64,000 nucleotides of DNA from Bacillota bacterium (GCA_963169565.1 CAUJDI010000045.1:13277-77276), one strand, 5' to 3'; shown: positions 1 to 9,890, numbered from the stretch's first letter. Notes: generated from the sequence alone by a model not told the origin. A program made the numbers and translations.

Positions 1-1745
1 ACAGCGCGGCTGCCCGTGATGACCCGCGTGGCAAGCGTCGGCGCAAAGCGGCTGATCTCCGTTTCCCAGTTGTACAGCAGGGTCGTGGGCGAAATGATCA
101 GGGACGGCAAACGGACAGGTTCGCTGAGGACAAAATATTGGATCGCCGCGATCATCTGCGCCGTCTTCCCAAGGCCCATCTCATCCGCCAGAATGCCGCC
201 CAGCCCCAGCATATGCAGCGCGCAGATCCAGCGGAAGCCGCGGACCTGATAGCCATAGAGCCCCTCCACAGGGCTGTCCAGCCCTTCAGGGTCCAGGGCC
301 ACCGCCATCTGCGCGCCTTCATCAAACGTGACCGGCAGGCCGTCTCTCCCGATCAGCGCGGCCAGATAATGCGCGCGCATGGCGGGCAGGTCCCGCTCAT
401 CAGGCTCGACGACGCTATGGATATAGGCATCCGCAAGCGCCTGCCACTCACTCGCGTCCTGCAGGGTAATGAAAGCCCCGTTCTTATAGCGGAAGTACTT
501 CTTCTGCCTGCCGATGGCCTGCAGCAAGGGCAGGATCTCATCGATCAAATTCCCTTCGTCCATCAGCTCCAGGCGGATGCTCCCGGCTTTCATGCGCATA
601 TGGCCCGAGAGGGACGGGGCGCGCGGGGTCAGCTGGCGGAAAGCCTGGCTCAGGTACACCTCAGCCAATCGGTGCATGGCGGACACGCCCTGCATCAGAA
701 AATCAAAGATCCTGTCGTCGTCCTGGAGGTCCGCTCGGCCGGTCCGAGCGCGGAAGCCATACCGGCCCAGCAGGTCCATGATCTCCCGCTCACCGGAAGC
801 GTCCCTGAGCAGATATGCCGGCATAGTCGCGTCAGGCTGGAAGGGATCTGTCTCATATGCTCCGTAGCAGAAGAGGACGCGTGCCGCGATCCCGGGCCCC
901 TCTCTGTCAAGGTACACCTTTGCCTTCAGCGGAAAGCGCAGCAGGCGCTCCTCCAGCTCCTCCTCAAACACGACCGCCTGGGCGCGCTGAAGCCAGGGGA
1001 GCAGCTCCGAAAATACCCGGGGAGTCTCCGCCCTGGAAAAGCGGAAGATGATCTCCCGCACCGCCGGATTCTTCGGCAATGCCATCAGCAAGGCCCGGTC
1101 CTCCGGGCCTAATCTGCACACCTGACCGCCGATGATGACAAACTCCGCATCTTCCGTGAGCCGGGCGACCCGTTCCTGCCAGGCTGCCGTCAGCACGACC
1201 CCGCGGATGTCATACCCCGCGCGGAACAGCAGCGGGAGGGAAGTGGGCTGGATGCCCTGCTGTCTGCTTTCAGTTTTGCCGTGGACCAGCAGAAATTCCT
1301 GCCCGGAAAGCTGTCCAAGCAAGAGCGAAAGCAAAGCGCCGCGAAGCGGCACGTCCCGCCTGAAGATGCCGGAGAGCGGCTGCTGGGCATCCTGCAATGT
1401 CTGGACGTGGGCCGACAGCAATCTGCACAGATGATCCATCTGCGGCGCGAGGTGCATCCAGGCCGGCGAAAAAACGACGCGGCTGCTGACCGGAAAGGAT
1501 GTTCTGCTTTGTATTGCGTCAAGAAAGCCCGGGATGTCGCGGATGTAGGATGCCCTTGCTTCCCCTGCCTTCAGGCTGAGAAAAGCCCCGTCCTCCCTGA
1601 TCCTGAGCACCGGCAGCAGTGCAAAGACACTGCCGCCGGGCAGGATGCCCTGTGCGGATTCAAAAAGAACACGGGGCTCCCCCGCTGCGGTGTCCTCCGG
1701 CTGTACGTCCAATTCCCAGCCTCTTTCCGATGAAGTTGCTTCCAA
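1..1745 (-). CDS. SNF2-family helicase, N-terminal ~580 aa only (3' end beyond the left edge)
   Basis: Absent from the ORF track because it has no stop in the window. The minus-strand frame of the ATG at 179..177 is open from ~1745 to 1 and reads ...GYQVRGFRWICALHMLGLGGILADEMGLGKT (helicase motif I at 200..162). The + strand track ORFs here (138..1112, 514..867, 1281..1733) are Arg/His/Gln-rich shadows. Start is uncertain: TTG at 1745 lies 12 nt after the zupT stop, and the frame stays open further upstream. Confidence 0.8.
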   Translation of the reverse strand, partial: MEATSSERGWELDVQPEDTAAGEPRVLFESAQGILPGGSVFALLPVLRIREDGAFLSLKAGEARASYIRDIPGFLDAIQSRTSFPVSSRVVFSPAWMHLAPQMDHLCRLLSAHVQTLQDAQQPLSGIFRRDVPLRGALLSLLLGQLSGQEFLLVHGKTESRQQGIQPTSLPLLFRAGYDIRGVVLTAAWQERVARLTEDAEFVIIGGQVCRLGPEDRALLMALPKNPAVREIIFRFSRAETPRVFSELLPWLQRAQAVVFEEELEERLLRFPLKAKVYLDREGPGIAARVLFCYGAYETDPFQPDATMPAYLLRDASGEREIMDLLGRYGFRARTGRADLQDDDRIFDFLMQGVSAMHRLAEVYLSQAFRQLTPRAPSLSGHMRMKAGSIRLELMDEGNLIDEILPLLQAIGRQKKYFRYKNGAFITLQDASEWQALADAYIHSVVEPDERDLPAMRAHYLAALIGRDGLPVTFDEGAQMAVALDPEGLDSPVEGLYGYQVRGFRWICALHMLGLGGILADEMGLGKTAQMIAAIQYFVLSEPVRLPSLIISPTTLLYNWETEISRFAPTLATRVITGSRA

Positions 1746-1756
1746 TCCGCTCTGAT

Positions 1757-2560
1757 TCAGATGAAGAGCCACAGGCTCAGCGCCATGACGGCCATGCCGC
1801 CGATAAGACCGTACATGCCCAGATGATGCTCCCCGTACGCCTGGGCGCTTGGCAGCAGCTCATCCAGGGAGATGAACACCATGATGCCCGCCACCCCGGC
1901 GAAAAGAACGCCGTAGAGCACGTCGCCCATGAACGGCAGGAGGATCAGATACCCGATGACCGCGCCGAGCGGCTCCGAGAGACCGGCGAGCAGGGAGTAG
2001 CGCATCGCGATGCGCCGGCTCCCGGTCGCGTAATAGATCGGCATGGAGATGGAGATGCCTTCCGGGATATTGTGGATAGCGATCGCCGCGACGATGGGGA
2101 TGGCAAGCTTCAGGGACTGTGTGGCGGACACGAAGGAGGCCATCCCCTCCGGAAAGTTATGGATCCCGATGACAAGGGCCGTGATGACACCGGTGCGTTT
2201 CAGCCGGCTGCGCTTATGATCCCCCGGCTTTACGGCGCAGACCATCTCATGCGGGTTCTCCTCACAGGGAATCAGCCTGTCGATCCCGGCGATGAGAAGG
2301 ATGCCGGCGAAAAAGGCCAGCAGGGTGTACAGCAGACCGGCCTTATCGCCGTATGCGCTTGAGAGCATCGATCTGGCTTCCGCGAACAACTCCACCAGGG
2401 AAACGTAGATCATCACGCCGGCGGACAGGCCGAGGCTGACGGAAAGGAAACGGGTGCTGATCGTCTTTGCGAAAAAAACGATGGCTCCGCCGATGCCTGT
2501 GGACAGGCCAGCAATCAGAGTCAGCAGCAGCGCACCAGGGATATTGTTCATGCCTGTCAT
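1757..2560 (-). CDS. zupT: ZIP-family zinc transporter ZupT
   Basis: 267 aa polytopic membrane protein with the paired ZIP motifs HNFPEGMA and HNIPEGIS. Confidence 0.9.
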   Translation of the reverse strand: MTGMNNIPGALLLTLIAGLSTGIGGAIVFFAKTISTRFLSVSLGLSAGVMIYVSLVELFAEARSMLSSAYGDKAGLLYTLLAFFAGILLIAGIDRLIPCEENPHEMVCAVKPGDHKRSRLKRTGVITALVIGIHNFPEGMASFVSATQSLKLAIPIVAAIAIHNIPEGISISMPIYYATGSRRIAMRYSLLAGLSEPLGAVIGYLILLPFMGDVLYGVLFAGVAGIMVFISLDELLPSAQAYGEHHLGMYGLIGGMAVMALSLWLFI

Positions 2561-2575
2561 GGGAAGCGTTCCGTC

Positions 2576-3448
2576 CTACACAAAATGATCTCTCGCCTTG
2601 ATGTGTTCAAACACCCGCGCCAATCCTGTCAGGGAAGGCTCGAAGATCAGCCCACGGCGAGGCTCGCTTCCCGAGGACACTGTCCGCCTGAACGCGTCGT
2701 CCAGAAAATCGCAGGCGACAGCGCATGCGCGCGGCAGGGACGCGCCGAGCATCCTCGCCGCGATCACACAGGAGGCAAGCAGGTCTCCCGTTCCCGGGTA
2801 AGACCCCTCATACTCGGGCCTGAACACCGTCAGCGGCTCATTCTGCGAGTCTTCGATCCTCACGCCGATCCCGCCCTGCCCGTCCCTTACGCCCGTCAGG
2901 ATTGCCGCCTTCCCCCCGATCCCCTTCAGCGAGACCGCTTCATGCAAAGCGGGCTCCTGTCCTTCCGGAAGCGGCATGCCCAGCAGCAGGGCCGCCTCGG
3001 TCAGGTTTGGAAAAATGACGTCCGCCTTTGCGCAAAGTGACCTGAACCCCTTGATCAGGCGCTCCTCACAAAAGGCGTAACGGCGGCCGTGGTCACCCAT
3101 CACGGGATCAACAAAAAGCATCGCGCCGGGCGCCATCAGACCTTGAAGCGCTTCCTCCATCAAGCCAAGCTGCGCCGGCGACGCGACATAGCCGATGTAT
3201 ACCGCGTCAAACCTCAGTTCCAGCCGCCCCCAGTGCGAAAGGGTCGCCCGCATGTCCTCGCTCAGATCACGCCGGTGAACAGAGCCGAAACCGCCCGTGT
3301 GGGTGCTGAAATAGGCCGTGGGCAGGAGCGAACAGGCAAGGCCCGCAAGCGACAGCACAGGCAATACCGCCAGCGCGGAACAGCGTCCCGTGCCGGAAAC
3401 ATCCTGTACGATCAGGATTCGCCGCTGTATTTCCTCAGTCACTGCCAC
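2576..3448 (-). CDS. pdxK: pyridoxal/pyridoxamine kinase (ribokinase superfamily)
   Basis: 290 aa with DPVMGD and a C-terminal GTGDLLAS anion-hole motif. GTG start lies 5 nt after the degV stop. Confidence 0.8.
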   Translation of the reverse strand: MAVTEEIQRRILIVQDVSGTGRCSALAVLPVLSLAGLACSLLPTAYFSTHTGGFGSVHRRDLSEDMRATLSHWGRLELRFDAVYIGYVASPAQLGLMEEALQGLMAPGAMLFVDPVMGDHGRRYAFCEERLIKGFRSLCAKADVIFPNLTEAALLLGMPLPEGQEPALHEAVSLKGIGGKAAILTGVRDGQGGIGVRIEDSQNEPLTVFRPEYEGSYPGTGDLLASCVIAARMLGASLPRACAVACDFLDDAFRRTVSSGSEPRRGLIFEPSLTGLARVFEHIKARDHFV

Positions 3449-3453
3449 CGCGG

Positions 3454-4332
3454 TCAGTCCGCGCGCTCATTGCCCATGAAGCAGACGGACAGCGTCCCGG
3501 GGCCGGCATGGGATCCGATGACGGGTCCGATCATCTGGATGCGGATGTCCTGCAGGTCAGGGATCCGGCTCTTCAGCTGGTTCCTGAGGATCTCGGCTTC
3601 ATCCAGGATATCGCCGTGGAGGATGATGACGGTTTTGCCGCTGGTTTCGCCGATGGTTTCCACAGCCCTATCCACCAGGGTCTTCAGCGCCTTTTTGCGG
3701 CCCTGCACCTTGGAATGCGCTTCCAGTTTCCCTGCGCGTGTGATGTGCAGGATGGGCTTGATGTCCAGCATCGTGCCCATGATCGCGCTGGTCGCGGAGA
3801 TGCGCCCACCCCGGCGCAGATAGGTCAGGTCACCTACGGTGAACCAGGCATGGGCTTTCAGGCGGTTGTCCGTCACCCACTGCGCCACTTCCTCCAGTGC
3901 CGCGCCCTTCTCATACAGCTCATGCGCGCCCAGGATCAGCAGGGTCTGCGGACCGGAGATGGACAGGGTGTCCACGACAACAAACTTACGGTCCGGATAT
4001 CTCTCAAGCAGTTCCTTCTGCGCTTCCAGGATGTTCTGGAAGGTTGCGGACATCTGCGAGGAGAAGGCCAGGAAAAGAAGGTCCTTTTCCCTGAGGATCG
4101 GCTCAAAATACTCAAGATAGGCAGCCGTCGGCAGAAGGGACGTGAAGGGTTTGGCCCCTTTGCGCATCCGGTCGAACAGGCCCTTTTCTGCCCCGCTGGC
4201 GCCGTTGTCGTCCAAATACTCCACATCATCCAGTGTATAGGGCATTCTGACGATGGGGATGTTCTTCTCTTTGGCGATCTCATGCGGCAGATCGCTGTCG
4301 CTGTCGCTCATCAGCACATAATCCTTTGCCAT
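3454..4332 (-). CDS. DegV family fatty-acid-binding protein
   Basis: 292 aa with the typical DegV layout and C-terminal GSHAGPGTL. RBS GGAGGG lies upstream of the ATG at 4332. Confidence 0.85.
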   Translation of the reverse strand: MAKDYVLMSDSDSDLPHEIAKEKNIPIVRMPYTLDDVEYLDDNGASGAEKGLFDRMRKGAKPFTSLLPTAAYLEYFEPILREKDLLFLAFSSQMSATFQNILEAQKELLERYPDRKFVVVDTLSISGPQTLLILGAHELYEKGAALEEVAQWVTDNRLKAHAWFTVGDLTYLRRGGRISATSAIMGTMLDIKPILHITRAGKLEAHSKVQGRKKALKTLVDRAVETIGETSGKTVIILHGDILDEAEILRNQLKSRIPDLQDIRIQMIGPVIGSHAGPGTLSVCFMGNERAD

Positions 4333-4500
4333 GGCTGCCCTCCGTCTTCAATCATCATTCGATGTGCTGCAAGTATAATGGAAATCGGACAAAAACACAA
4401 GTTGTGGCGGAAAACAGGGCCGTCTTGCGCTTCGTCCGCCTCCAAACACCTGTGGATAACATCAAAAACCGGAAGCATGGCGATAAATGCTGTTTCAGCA

Positions 4501-4529
4501 TTGAATCCCCGGGTATTTTTGTGTATGAT
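4501..4529 (+). promoter_or_regulatory. putative sigma-A promoter of ppdK
   Basis: TTGAAT (4501..4506), 17 nt spacer, TATGAT (4524..4529), about 70 nt upstream of the ppdK ATG. Confidence 0.5.
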
Positions 4530-4598
4530 AATCGTTGGTGCGTACCCGGACTGGCGCCGGCATGACGCGATCCATCTACAGCACGAGGAGGATTTTCA

Positions 4599-7244
4599 AT
4601 GGCGAAATATGTTTACCTATTCAAAGAAGGCAATGCGCAGATGCGCAATCTGCTTGGCGGAAAGGGCGCGAACCTGGCGGAGATGACCAACATCGGTCTG
4701 CCCGTGCCCCAGGGCTTCACCGTCACCACGGAAGCCTGCACGCGTTATTATCAGGACGGCAAGACGATCGCCCCGGAGATCGAGGAGCAGATCTACGAAG
4801 CCCTTGCGAAGGCCGAGCAGGTCATCGGCAAGAAATTCGGGGACATCAACGATCCCTTCCTGGTCTCCGTACGCTCCGGTTCCCGCGCGTCCATGCCCGG
4901 CATGATGGACACCATCCTGAACCTGGGCCTGAATGACGTGGCCGTGGAAGGGCTGGCCAGGCTGACCAGCAACGAGCGTTTCGCATATGACTCCTACCGC
5001 AGGTTCATCCAGATGTTCTCCGACGTCGTGATGGAAGTGGAGAGAAAACTGTTTGACGCGGAGCTGGATGCCATCAAGAAGGAAAAGGGCGTCAAGGGCG
5101 ATACCGAACTGAACGCAGGCGACCTGAAGGAACTCGTGCGCCGCTACAAAGCGCTGTATCTGAAGCAGAAAGGGGAGGAATTCCCCCAGGATCCCAAAGT
5201 CCAGCTGATGGAGGCCATCAAGGCCGTTTTCCGCTCCTGGGACAATCCCCGCGCGGTCTATTACCGCCGCATGAACGACATCCCCGGCGACTGGGGCACA
5301 GCCGTCAACGTTCAGGCGATGGTGTTCGGCAACATGGGCGACGACTCCGGCACCGGCGTGGCCTTCACCCGCAACCCTTCAACGGGCGAAAAGAAACTGT
5401 ACGGCGAGTACCTGATGAACGCGCAGGGTGAGGACGTCGTGGCCGGCATCCGCACGCCCAGCCCGATTTCCTCCATGGACCAGAGCATGCCGGAGGTCTA
5501 CCAGCAGTTCGTCGACATCGCCAACAAGCTGGAAAAGCACTACCGCGACATGCAGGACATGGAGTTTACCATCGAGCGCGGCAAGCTGTACATGCTGCAG
5601 ACCCGCAACGGCAAGCGCACCGCGGCGGCCGCGCTGAAGATCGCGGTGGACCTGGTCAACGAAGGCCTGCTCAGCCAGGAGGAAGCAGTGCTCAAGGTTG
5701 AACCCAAACAGCTGGACACCCTGCTGCACCCCAACTTCGACGCCAACGTCCTGAAGACCGCCAAACCCTTCGCATCAGGTCTCCCCGCTTCCCCCGGCGC
5801 CGGCGCCGGCGAGGTGTACTTCACCGCGCATGCCGCTGCCGCCGCCGCGAAGACGGGCAAAAAAGTCATCCTGGTTCGTGAGGAGACCACCCCTGAGGAC
5901 ATCGAAGGCATGGATCTGTCCCGTGCGATCCTCACCGCTCGGGGCGGCATGACCAGCCACGCGGCGGTCGTCGCCCGCGGCATGGGCCGTCCGGCCGTGG
6001 TCGGCTGCCATGACATCTTCATCGACGAAGAAACAAAGATAATGACCTCGGTTTCCGGGGATGTCTTCCATGAGGGCGACACCATCAGCGTTGACGGCAC
6101 CACCGGCAAAGTCTACCGCGGGCTGCTGGCGACGGTCGAGGCGTCCGTGACGGGCGATTTCGCGCTGCTGATGAGCTGGGCCGACAAGGCGCGCAGGCTG
6201 AAGGTCCGCACCAACGCGGACACCCCGCGGGATACGAAGCAGGCCGTCTCCTACGGCGCGGAAGGCATCGGCCTTTGCCGCACCGAGCACATGTTCTTTG
6301 AAGCCAGCCGCATCGCGCTCGTGCGCGAAATGATCCTTGCTGATTCCCAGGAGCAGCGCAGGACGGCGCTGGAAAAGATCCTCCCCCTGCAGCAGAAGGA
6401 CTTTGAGGCGATGTTCATCGCGCTGGACGGCCGGCCGATGACGGTGCGTTACCTGGATCCGCCGCTGCATGAGTTCCTGCCGCAGAAGAACATGACCGAT
6501 GAGATCAGCGCGTTGGCCAAACAGCTGAAGACCACGCCTGAGAAGATCATCGAGAAGATCGAAGCGCTGCACGAGTTCAACCCGATGATGGGCCACCGCG
6601 GATGCCGCTTGAGCGTCACCTACCCTGAAATCGCGGAAATGCAGACCAGGGCCGTACTGCAGGCAGCGCTGAAGGTGAAAAAGGAGACCCGCAAGGATTT
6701 CGTGCCCGAGATCATGATCCCGCTCATCAGCACAAAGAAGGAACTTGCCTTCGTCAAGGCCATCGTGATGGAAACGGCGGAGAAGGTCTTCAAGGAACAG
6801 AATGACACGATCAAGTTCATGGTCGGCACCATGATCGAGATCCCGCGCGCCTGCGTGACTGCGGACGAGATCGCGACCGAAGCGGAGTTCTTCTCCTTCG
6901 GCACCAACGACCTCACCCAGATGGGCTTTGGCTTCAGCCGCGACGACGCGACCAAGTTCCTCAACTCCTACTACGAAACGAAGATCCTCGAATCCGACCC
7001 CTTTGCACGCCTCGATCAGGACGGCATCGGCAAGCTGGTCGAAACCGCGATCACCCTTGGGCGCAAAGGCCGCCCCGGCATCAAGCTGGGCATCTGCGGC
7101 GAGCACGGCGGGGATCCTTCCTCCATCGGGTTCTTCCACAAAGTCGGGCTCGACTACGTCAGCTGCTCGCCCTTCCGCGTGCCCATCGCGCGCCTGGCCG
7201 CAGCTCACGCCGCCATCAACGAGAAGATGAACAAGAAAGCTTAA
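4599..7244 (+). CDS. ppdK: pyruvate, phosphate dikinase
   Basis: 881 aa. N-terminus GGKGANLAEM, phospho-His loop GGMTSHAAVVARG, C-terminus ICGEHGGDP. RBS GAGGAGG. Confidence 0.97.
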   Translation: MAKYVYLFKEGNAQMRNLLGGKGANLAEMTNIGLPVPQGFTVTTEACTRYYQDGKTIAPEIEEQIYEALAKAEQVIGKKFGDINDPFLVSVRSGSRASMPGMMDTILNLGLNDVAVEGLARLTSNERFAYDSYRRFIQMFSDVVMEVERKLFDAELDAIKKEKGVKGDTELNAGDLKELVRRYKALYLKQKGEEFPQDPKVQLMEAIKAVFRSWDNPRAVYYRRMNDIPGDWGTAVNVQAMVFGNMGDDSGTGVAFTRNPSTGEKKLYGEYLMNAQGEDVVAGIRTPSPISSMDQSMPEVYQQFVDIANKLEKHYRDMQDMEFTIERGKLYMLQTRNGKRTAAAALKIAVDLVNEGLLSQEEAVLKVEPKQLDTLLHPNFDANVLKTAKPFASGLPASPGAGAGEVYFTAHAAAAAAKTGKKVILVREETTPEDIEGMDLSRAILTARGGMTSHAAVVARGMGRPAVVGCHDIFIDEETKIMTSVSGDVFHEGDTISVDGTTGKVYRGLLATVEASVTGDFALLMSWADKARRLKVRTNADTPRDTKQAVSYGAEGIGLCRTEHMFFEASRIALVREMILADSQEQRRTALEKILPLQQKDFEAMFIALDGRPMTVRYLDPPLHEFLPQKNMTDEISALAKQLKTTPEKIIEKIEALHEFNPMMGHRGCRLSVTYPEIAEMQTRAVLQAALKVKKETRKDFVPEIMIPLISTKKELAFVKAIVMETAEKVFKEQNDTIKFMVGTMIEIPRACVTADEIATEAEFFSFGTNDLTQMGFGFSRDDATKFLNSYYETKILESDPFARLDQDGIGKLVETAITLGRKGRPGIKLGICGEHGGDPSSIGFFHKVGLDYVSCSPFRVPIARLAAAHAAINEKMNKKA

Positions 7245-7260
7245 GATCCAACAATCCAAA

Positions 7261-7295
7261 AAGCGGGGCCCTTTCCGGGTCCCGCTTTTGATTTT
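7261..7295. terminator. bidirectional intrinsic terminator between ppdK and the aldolase gene
   Basis: ~11 bp GC-rich stem (7261..7271 / 7277..7287), flanked by an A-run upstream and TTTTGATTTTT downstream. Confidence 0.8.
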
Positions 7296-7305
7296 TCCTG
7301 ACGCT

Positions 7306-8595
7306 TCAGTCCAGCTTGAAAGCGGCCTTGATCTCCTTCACCTGCTCGTCATCGATCAGCACGGGGGTACCGATCTCCTTCGCGGCGATCACCGCCCTGG
7401 CGCTGTATTCCAGCACTTCCAGGCGATCAAAGGCGTTGAGCAGGTCGCTTCCGGTGACCAGCACGCACTCATTCTCAATGATGATGACGGGCACCTTGCT
7501 TGACAGGGCAGACACCGTGCCCTTGACGTCGTTGGTGGAGCTGAGGAAAGGCAGTTTTCTTACCTCGCGCAGGCTGATGTAGCTCTCGGGGATCAGGCGG
7601 GAATCAAAAGGCGTGCTGGTCACGGCAAAAGCCATGATGGCGGGGGCGTGGGCGATGAGCACGCTGCCGATCTCCGGATGCGCAGCATAGATCGCCTGAT
7701 GCAGCGGAACGGACCGGCTGGGCGTCATCCCGGCCTGGCACATGCCGTCCTTGATGAGCACCAGGTCCTCCGGTTCAAGATACTTCCGGTCGCGGTTATA
7801 GGGAGTGATCAGGAAAGCATCCCCATTGATGCGCTGGGAGTAGGTCCCCTGGGTGGAAGTGAACAGCCTCTGATCGTAGGAACGGTGAATGAACCGGCAC
7901 ATGTCCCGGCGGACGGCCCGTTCCTCGCTGGAAGCCACCCTGGGGATGAACTCATCCATCACCACATGGCGCGGGTACGAGTGGGCCGCCAGCTGTTCAT
8001 CCGTCAGCGCCCTGGGCTGGCCAAGCTTGAGCGCGTCGATCTCCAGCCTTCCGCTGAAATCCAGCGTCTCAAAGGCCATAAAGGCCGAGAAGAGGTCCTT
8101 GGCTCCGATCACGCAGCCATGGTTCTCCATCAGCACGGTGTTGTATCCCTCTTCAAAACGCCTGGCGATGTTGCGCCCCAGCAGCTCGCTGCCCGGAACC
8201 GCGTACTCCGCCACGCCCACGTCGCCGCAGATCTTCAGCACGTCCGGCACCAGGCGGATATTGGGGACCCGGCGTACCAGGGAAAAGGCGATCATCGTGG
8301 GCGGATGGGCGTGCAGCACAGCGCGCAGGTCCGGACGGATGCGATAGATCTCCAGATGCAGCGGCAATTCGACGGACGCACGGTGCATCCCGACCTGCGT
8401 TTTATCCGGCTTGATCCGGATCATGTCCGACCGGGTCAGTGAGCCCTTGTCGATCCCCGAAGGCGTGATCCAGACGTCGCCGTTGTCGTCCCTGATGGAA
8501 AGGTTGCCGCCGGAGGTCGTGGTCATGCCGTACTGGTAGATGCGCTGCATGATCATCACCAGCTGGTCCGCCGGATGCAGCAGGTCAAAACGCAT
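7306..8595 (-). CDS. tandem class II aldolase/adducin-domain protein (two fused domains)
   Basis: Domain 1 has the metal-ligand pattern E...HAH...ENHG (VELPLH, LHAHPP, MENHG). Domain 2 repeats the fold (SVPLH, IAHAP, IENEC). Start moved to the internal ATG at 8595 (MRFDLL), which follows RBS GGGGGAGAG; the track ORF extends to 8712. Confidence 0.75.
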   Translation of the reverse strand: MRFDLLHPADQLVMIMQRIYQYGMTTTSGGNLSIRDDNGDVWITPSGIDKGSLTRSDMIRIKPDKTQVGMHRASVELPLHLEIYRIRPDLRAVLHAHPPTMIAFSLVRRVPNIRLVPDVLKICGDVGVAEYAVPGSELLGRNIARRFEEGYNTVLMENHGCVIGAKDLFSAFMAFETLDFSGRLEIDALKLGQPRALTDEQLAAHSYPRHVVMDEFIPRVASSEERAVRRDMCRFIHRSYDQRLFTSTQGTYSQRINGDAFLITPYNRDRKYLEPEDLVLIKDGMCQAGMTPSRSVPLHQAIYAAHPEIGSVLIAHAPAIMAFAVTSTPFDSRLIPESYISLREVRKLPFLSSTNDVKGTVSALSSKVPVIIIENECVLVTGSDLLNAFDRLEVLEYSARAVIAAKEIGTPVLIDDEQVKEIKAAFKLD

Positions 8596-8786
8596 GGATT
8601 CTCTCTCCCCCTTGCCTTGAAATGGTTTCCGTTCTGATCGTACCCGCGGTGAACCGGGCCGTTCCATCATACGCCAAAACAGGATGGATTTCACGCCCTG
8701 AATGTAATCCATTCAGATTACAAACATTTTTGCATCAGTATGCATCGTCATGCTATAATCCGGCGAGAACAGAAAGCTGGAGAAAA

Positions 8787-9890
8787 ATGATGGAAGACCG
8801 GAAAGAAGAGATCATCCGTCTGCAGAGCAGGATCATCCGCGAAATGACCCGAAAGAACCTTGCCCGGGTCGGGAACGACCTTTGGGGCCGGCCGGATGAT
8901 ACAAAGGATCCGCTGACACCGCCGCCCGGCTACCCGGAGGTGCCGGAAATCGATTTTTACGGAAACGGCGTCACGGAAAAAACGGAAAAAATCAAGGATG
9001 CGGACAAAGCGGAAGAAAAGGATGCCCCCCAGCCCAAGGAGGACATCGACGCCCTGAAGGCGGAGCTGAACAGCTACATCGGCCTGGAAGTGGTCAAGGC
9101 GGAGGTGGAGAGCCTCATCAACCTGGTCAAGGTGAACAGGCTGCGAAAGCAGCATGAGCTGCCCACCGAGGACCTTTCGCTGCACATGGTGTTCTCCGGG
9201 AATCCCGGTACCGGCAAGACCATGATCGCCCGGCTGATGAGCCGGATCTACCGCAGCCTGGACATCCTGTCCAAGGGACACCTGATCGAAGTGGACCGTT
9301 CGGGCCTGGTGGCGGGCTATGTGGGCCAGACGGCCATCAAGACCAGGGAAGCGGTGGACAAAGCCCTGGGCGGCGTCCTGTTCATTGACGAGGCCTATGC
9401 GCTCACGACAAGAGGCCCCCAGGATTACGGGCAGGAAGCGGTGGAGACGCTGCTGAAGAACATGGAAGACCACCGGGACGACCTGGTGGTGATCGCCGCT
9501 GGATACACGGACCTCATGAATGACTTTGTCCACAGCAACCCGGGGCTGGAGAGCCGCTTCAACCGCTTCATGTATTTCCCGGACTATACGGTGGATGAGA
9601 TGTTCGCGATCTTCCAGATGCGATGTGAGAAAGCCGGATACCGCCTGGCAGAGGACGCGCAGGAGAGACTGAGGACGATCCTGATGGAGCAGAGCGAGGA
9701 CAACGTCGGTTTCGGCAACGCCAGGGGCGTGCGCAACCTGTTCGAGCAGGCCGTCTCCCGTCAGGCCAACCGGCTGGCCAGGCAGGAGAGCGTCACGAGG
9801 GATGAACTGATGCTGCTGACGGCTGAAGACCTGGAGACTGCTGAAGAAAACGGGATGGATCCGGAGGGTCCGGACGCAGCCGGCGCTTGA
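8787..9890 (+). CDS. SpoVK/CbbX-type AAA+ ATPase
   Basis: Walker A GNPGTGKT, Walker B VLFIDEAY, and the SpoVK-like GLEVVKAEVESLINL lead-in. Start at the ATG at 8787 (MMEDRK) after GGAGAAAA; the track ORF starts at 8622. Confidence 0.75.
   Translation: MMEDRKEEIIRLQSRIIREMTRKNLARVGNDLWGRPDDTKDPLTPPPGYPEVPEIDFYGNGVTEKTEKIKDADKAEEKDAPQPKEDIDALKAELNSYIGLEVVKAEVESLINLVKVNRLRKQHELPTEDLSLHMVFSGNPGTGKTMIARLMSRIYRSLDILSKGHLIEVDRSGLVAGYVGQTAIKTREAVDKALGGVLFIDEAYALTTRGPQDYGQEAVETLLKNMEDHRDDLVVIAAGYTDLMNDFVHSNPGLESRFNRFMYFPDYTVDEMFAIFQMRCEKAGYRLAEDAQERLRTILMEQSEDNVGFGNARGVRNLFEQAVSRQANRLARQESVTRDELMLLTAEDLETAEENGMDPEGPDAAGA

Noticed and set aside
138-2362. Long + strand track ORFs (138..1112 324 aa, 1281..1733, 1619..2362 247 aa).
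   Set aside because: They are Arg/His/Gln/Pro-rich with no recognisable motifs. They lie antisense to an SNF2 helicase frame and to zupT, both of which have clear family motifs. These are typical shadow ORFs of GC-rich DNA.
5775-7259. 494 aa minus-strand ORF inside ppdK. Similar long antisense ORFs occur at 8748..9929, 10197..11291, 12682..13758, 20167..21354, 21364..22614, 29161..30615, 41089..42051, 52464..53513 and 60915..62171.
   Set aside because: Each is antisense to a gene with unambiguous conserved motifs, has a low-complexity Arg/Gly/Asp/His-rich composition, and lacks an RBS.
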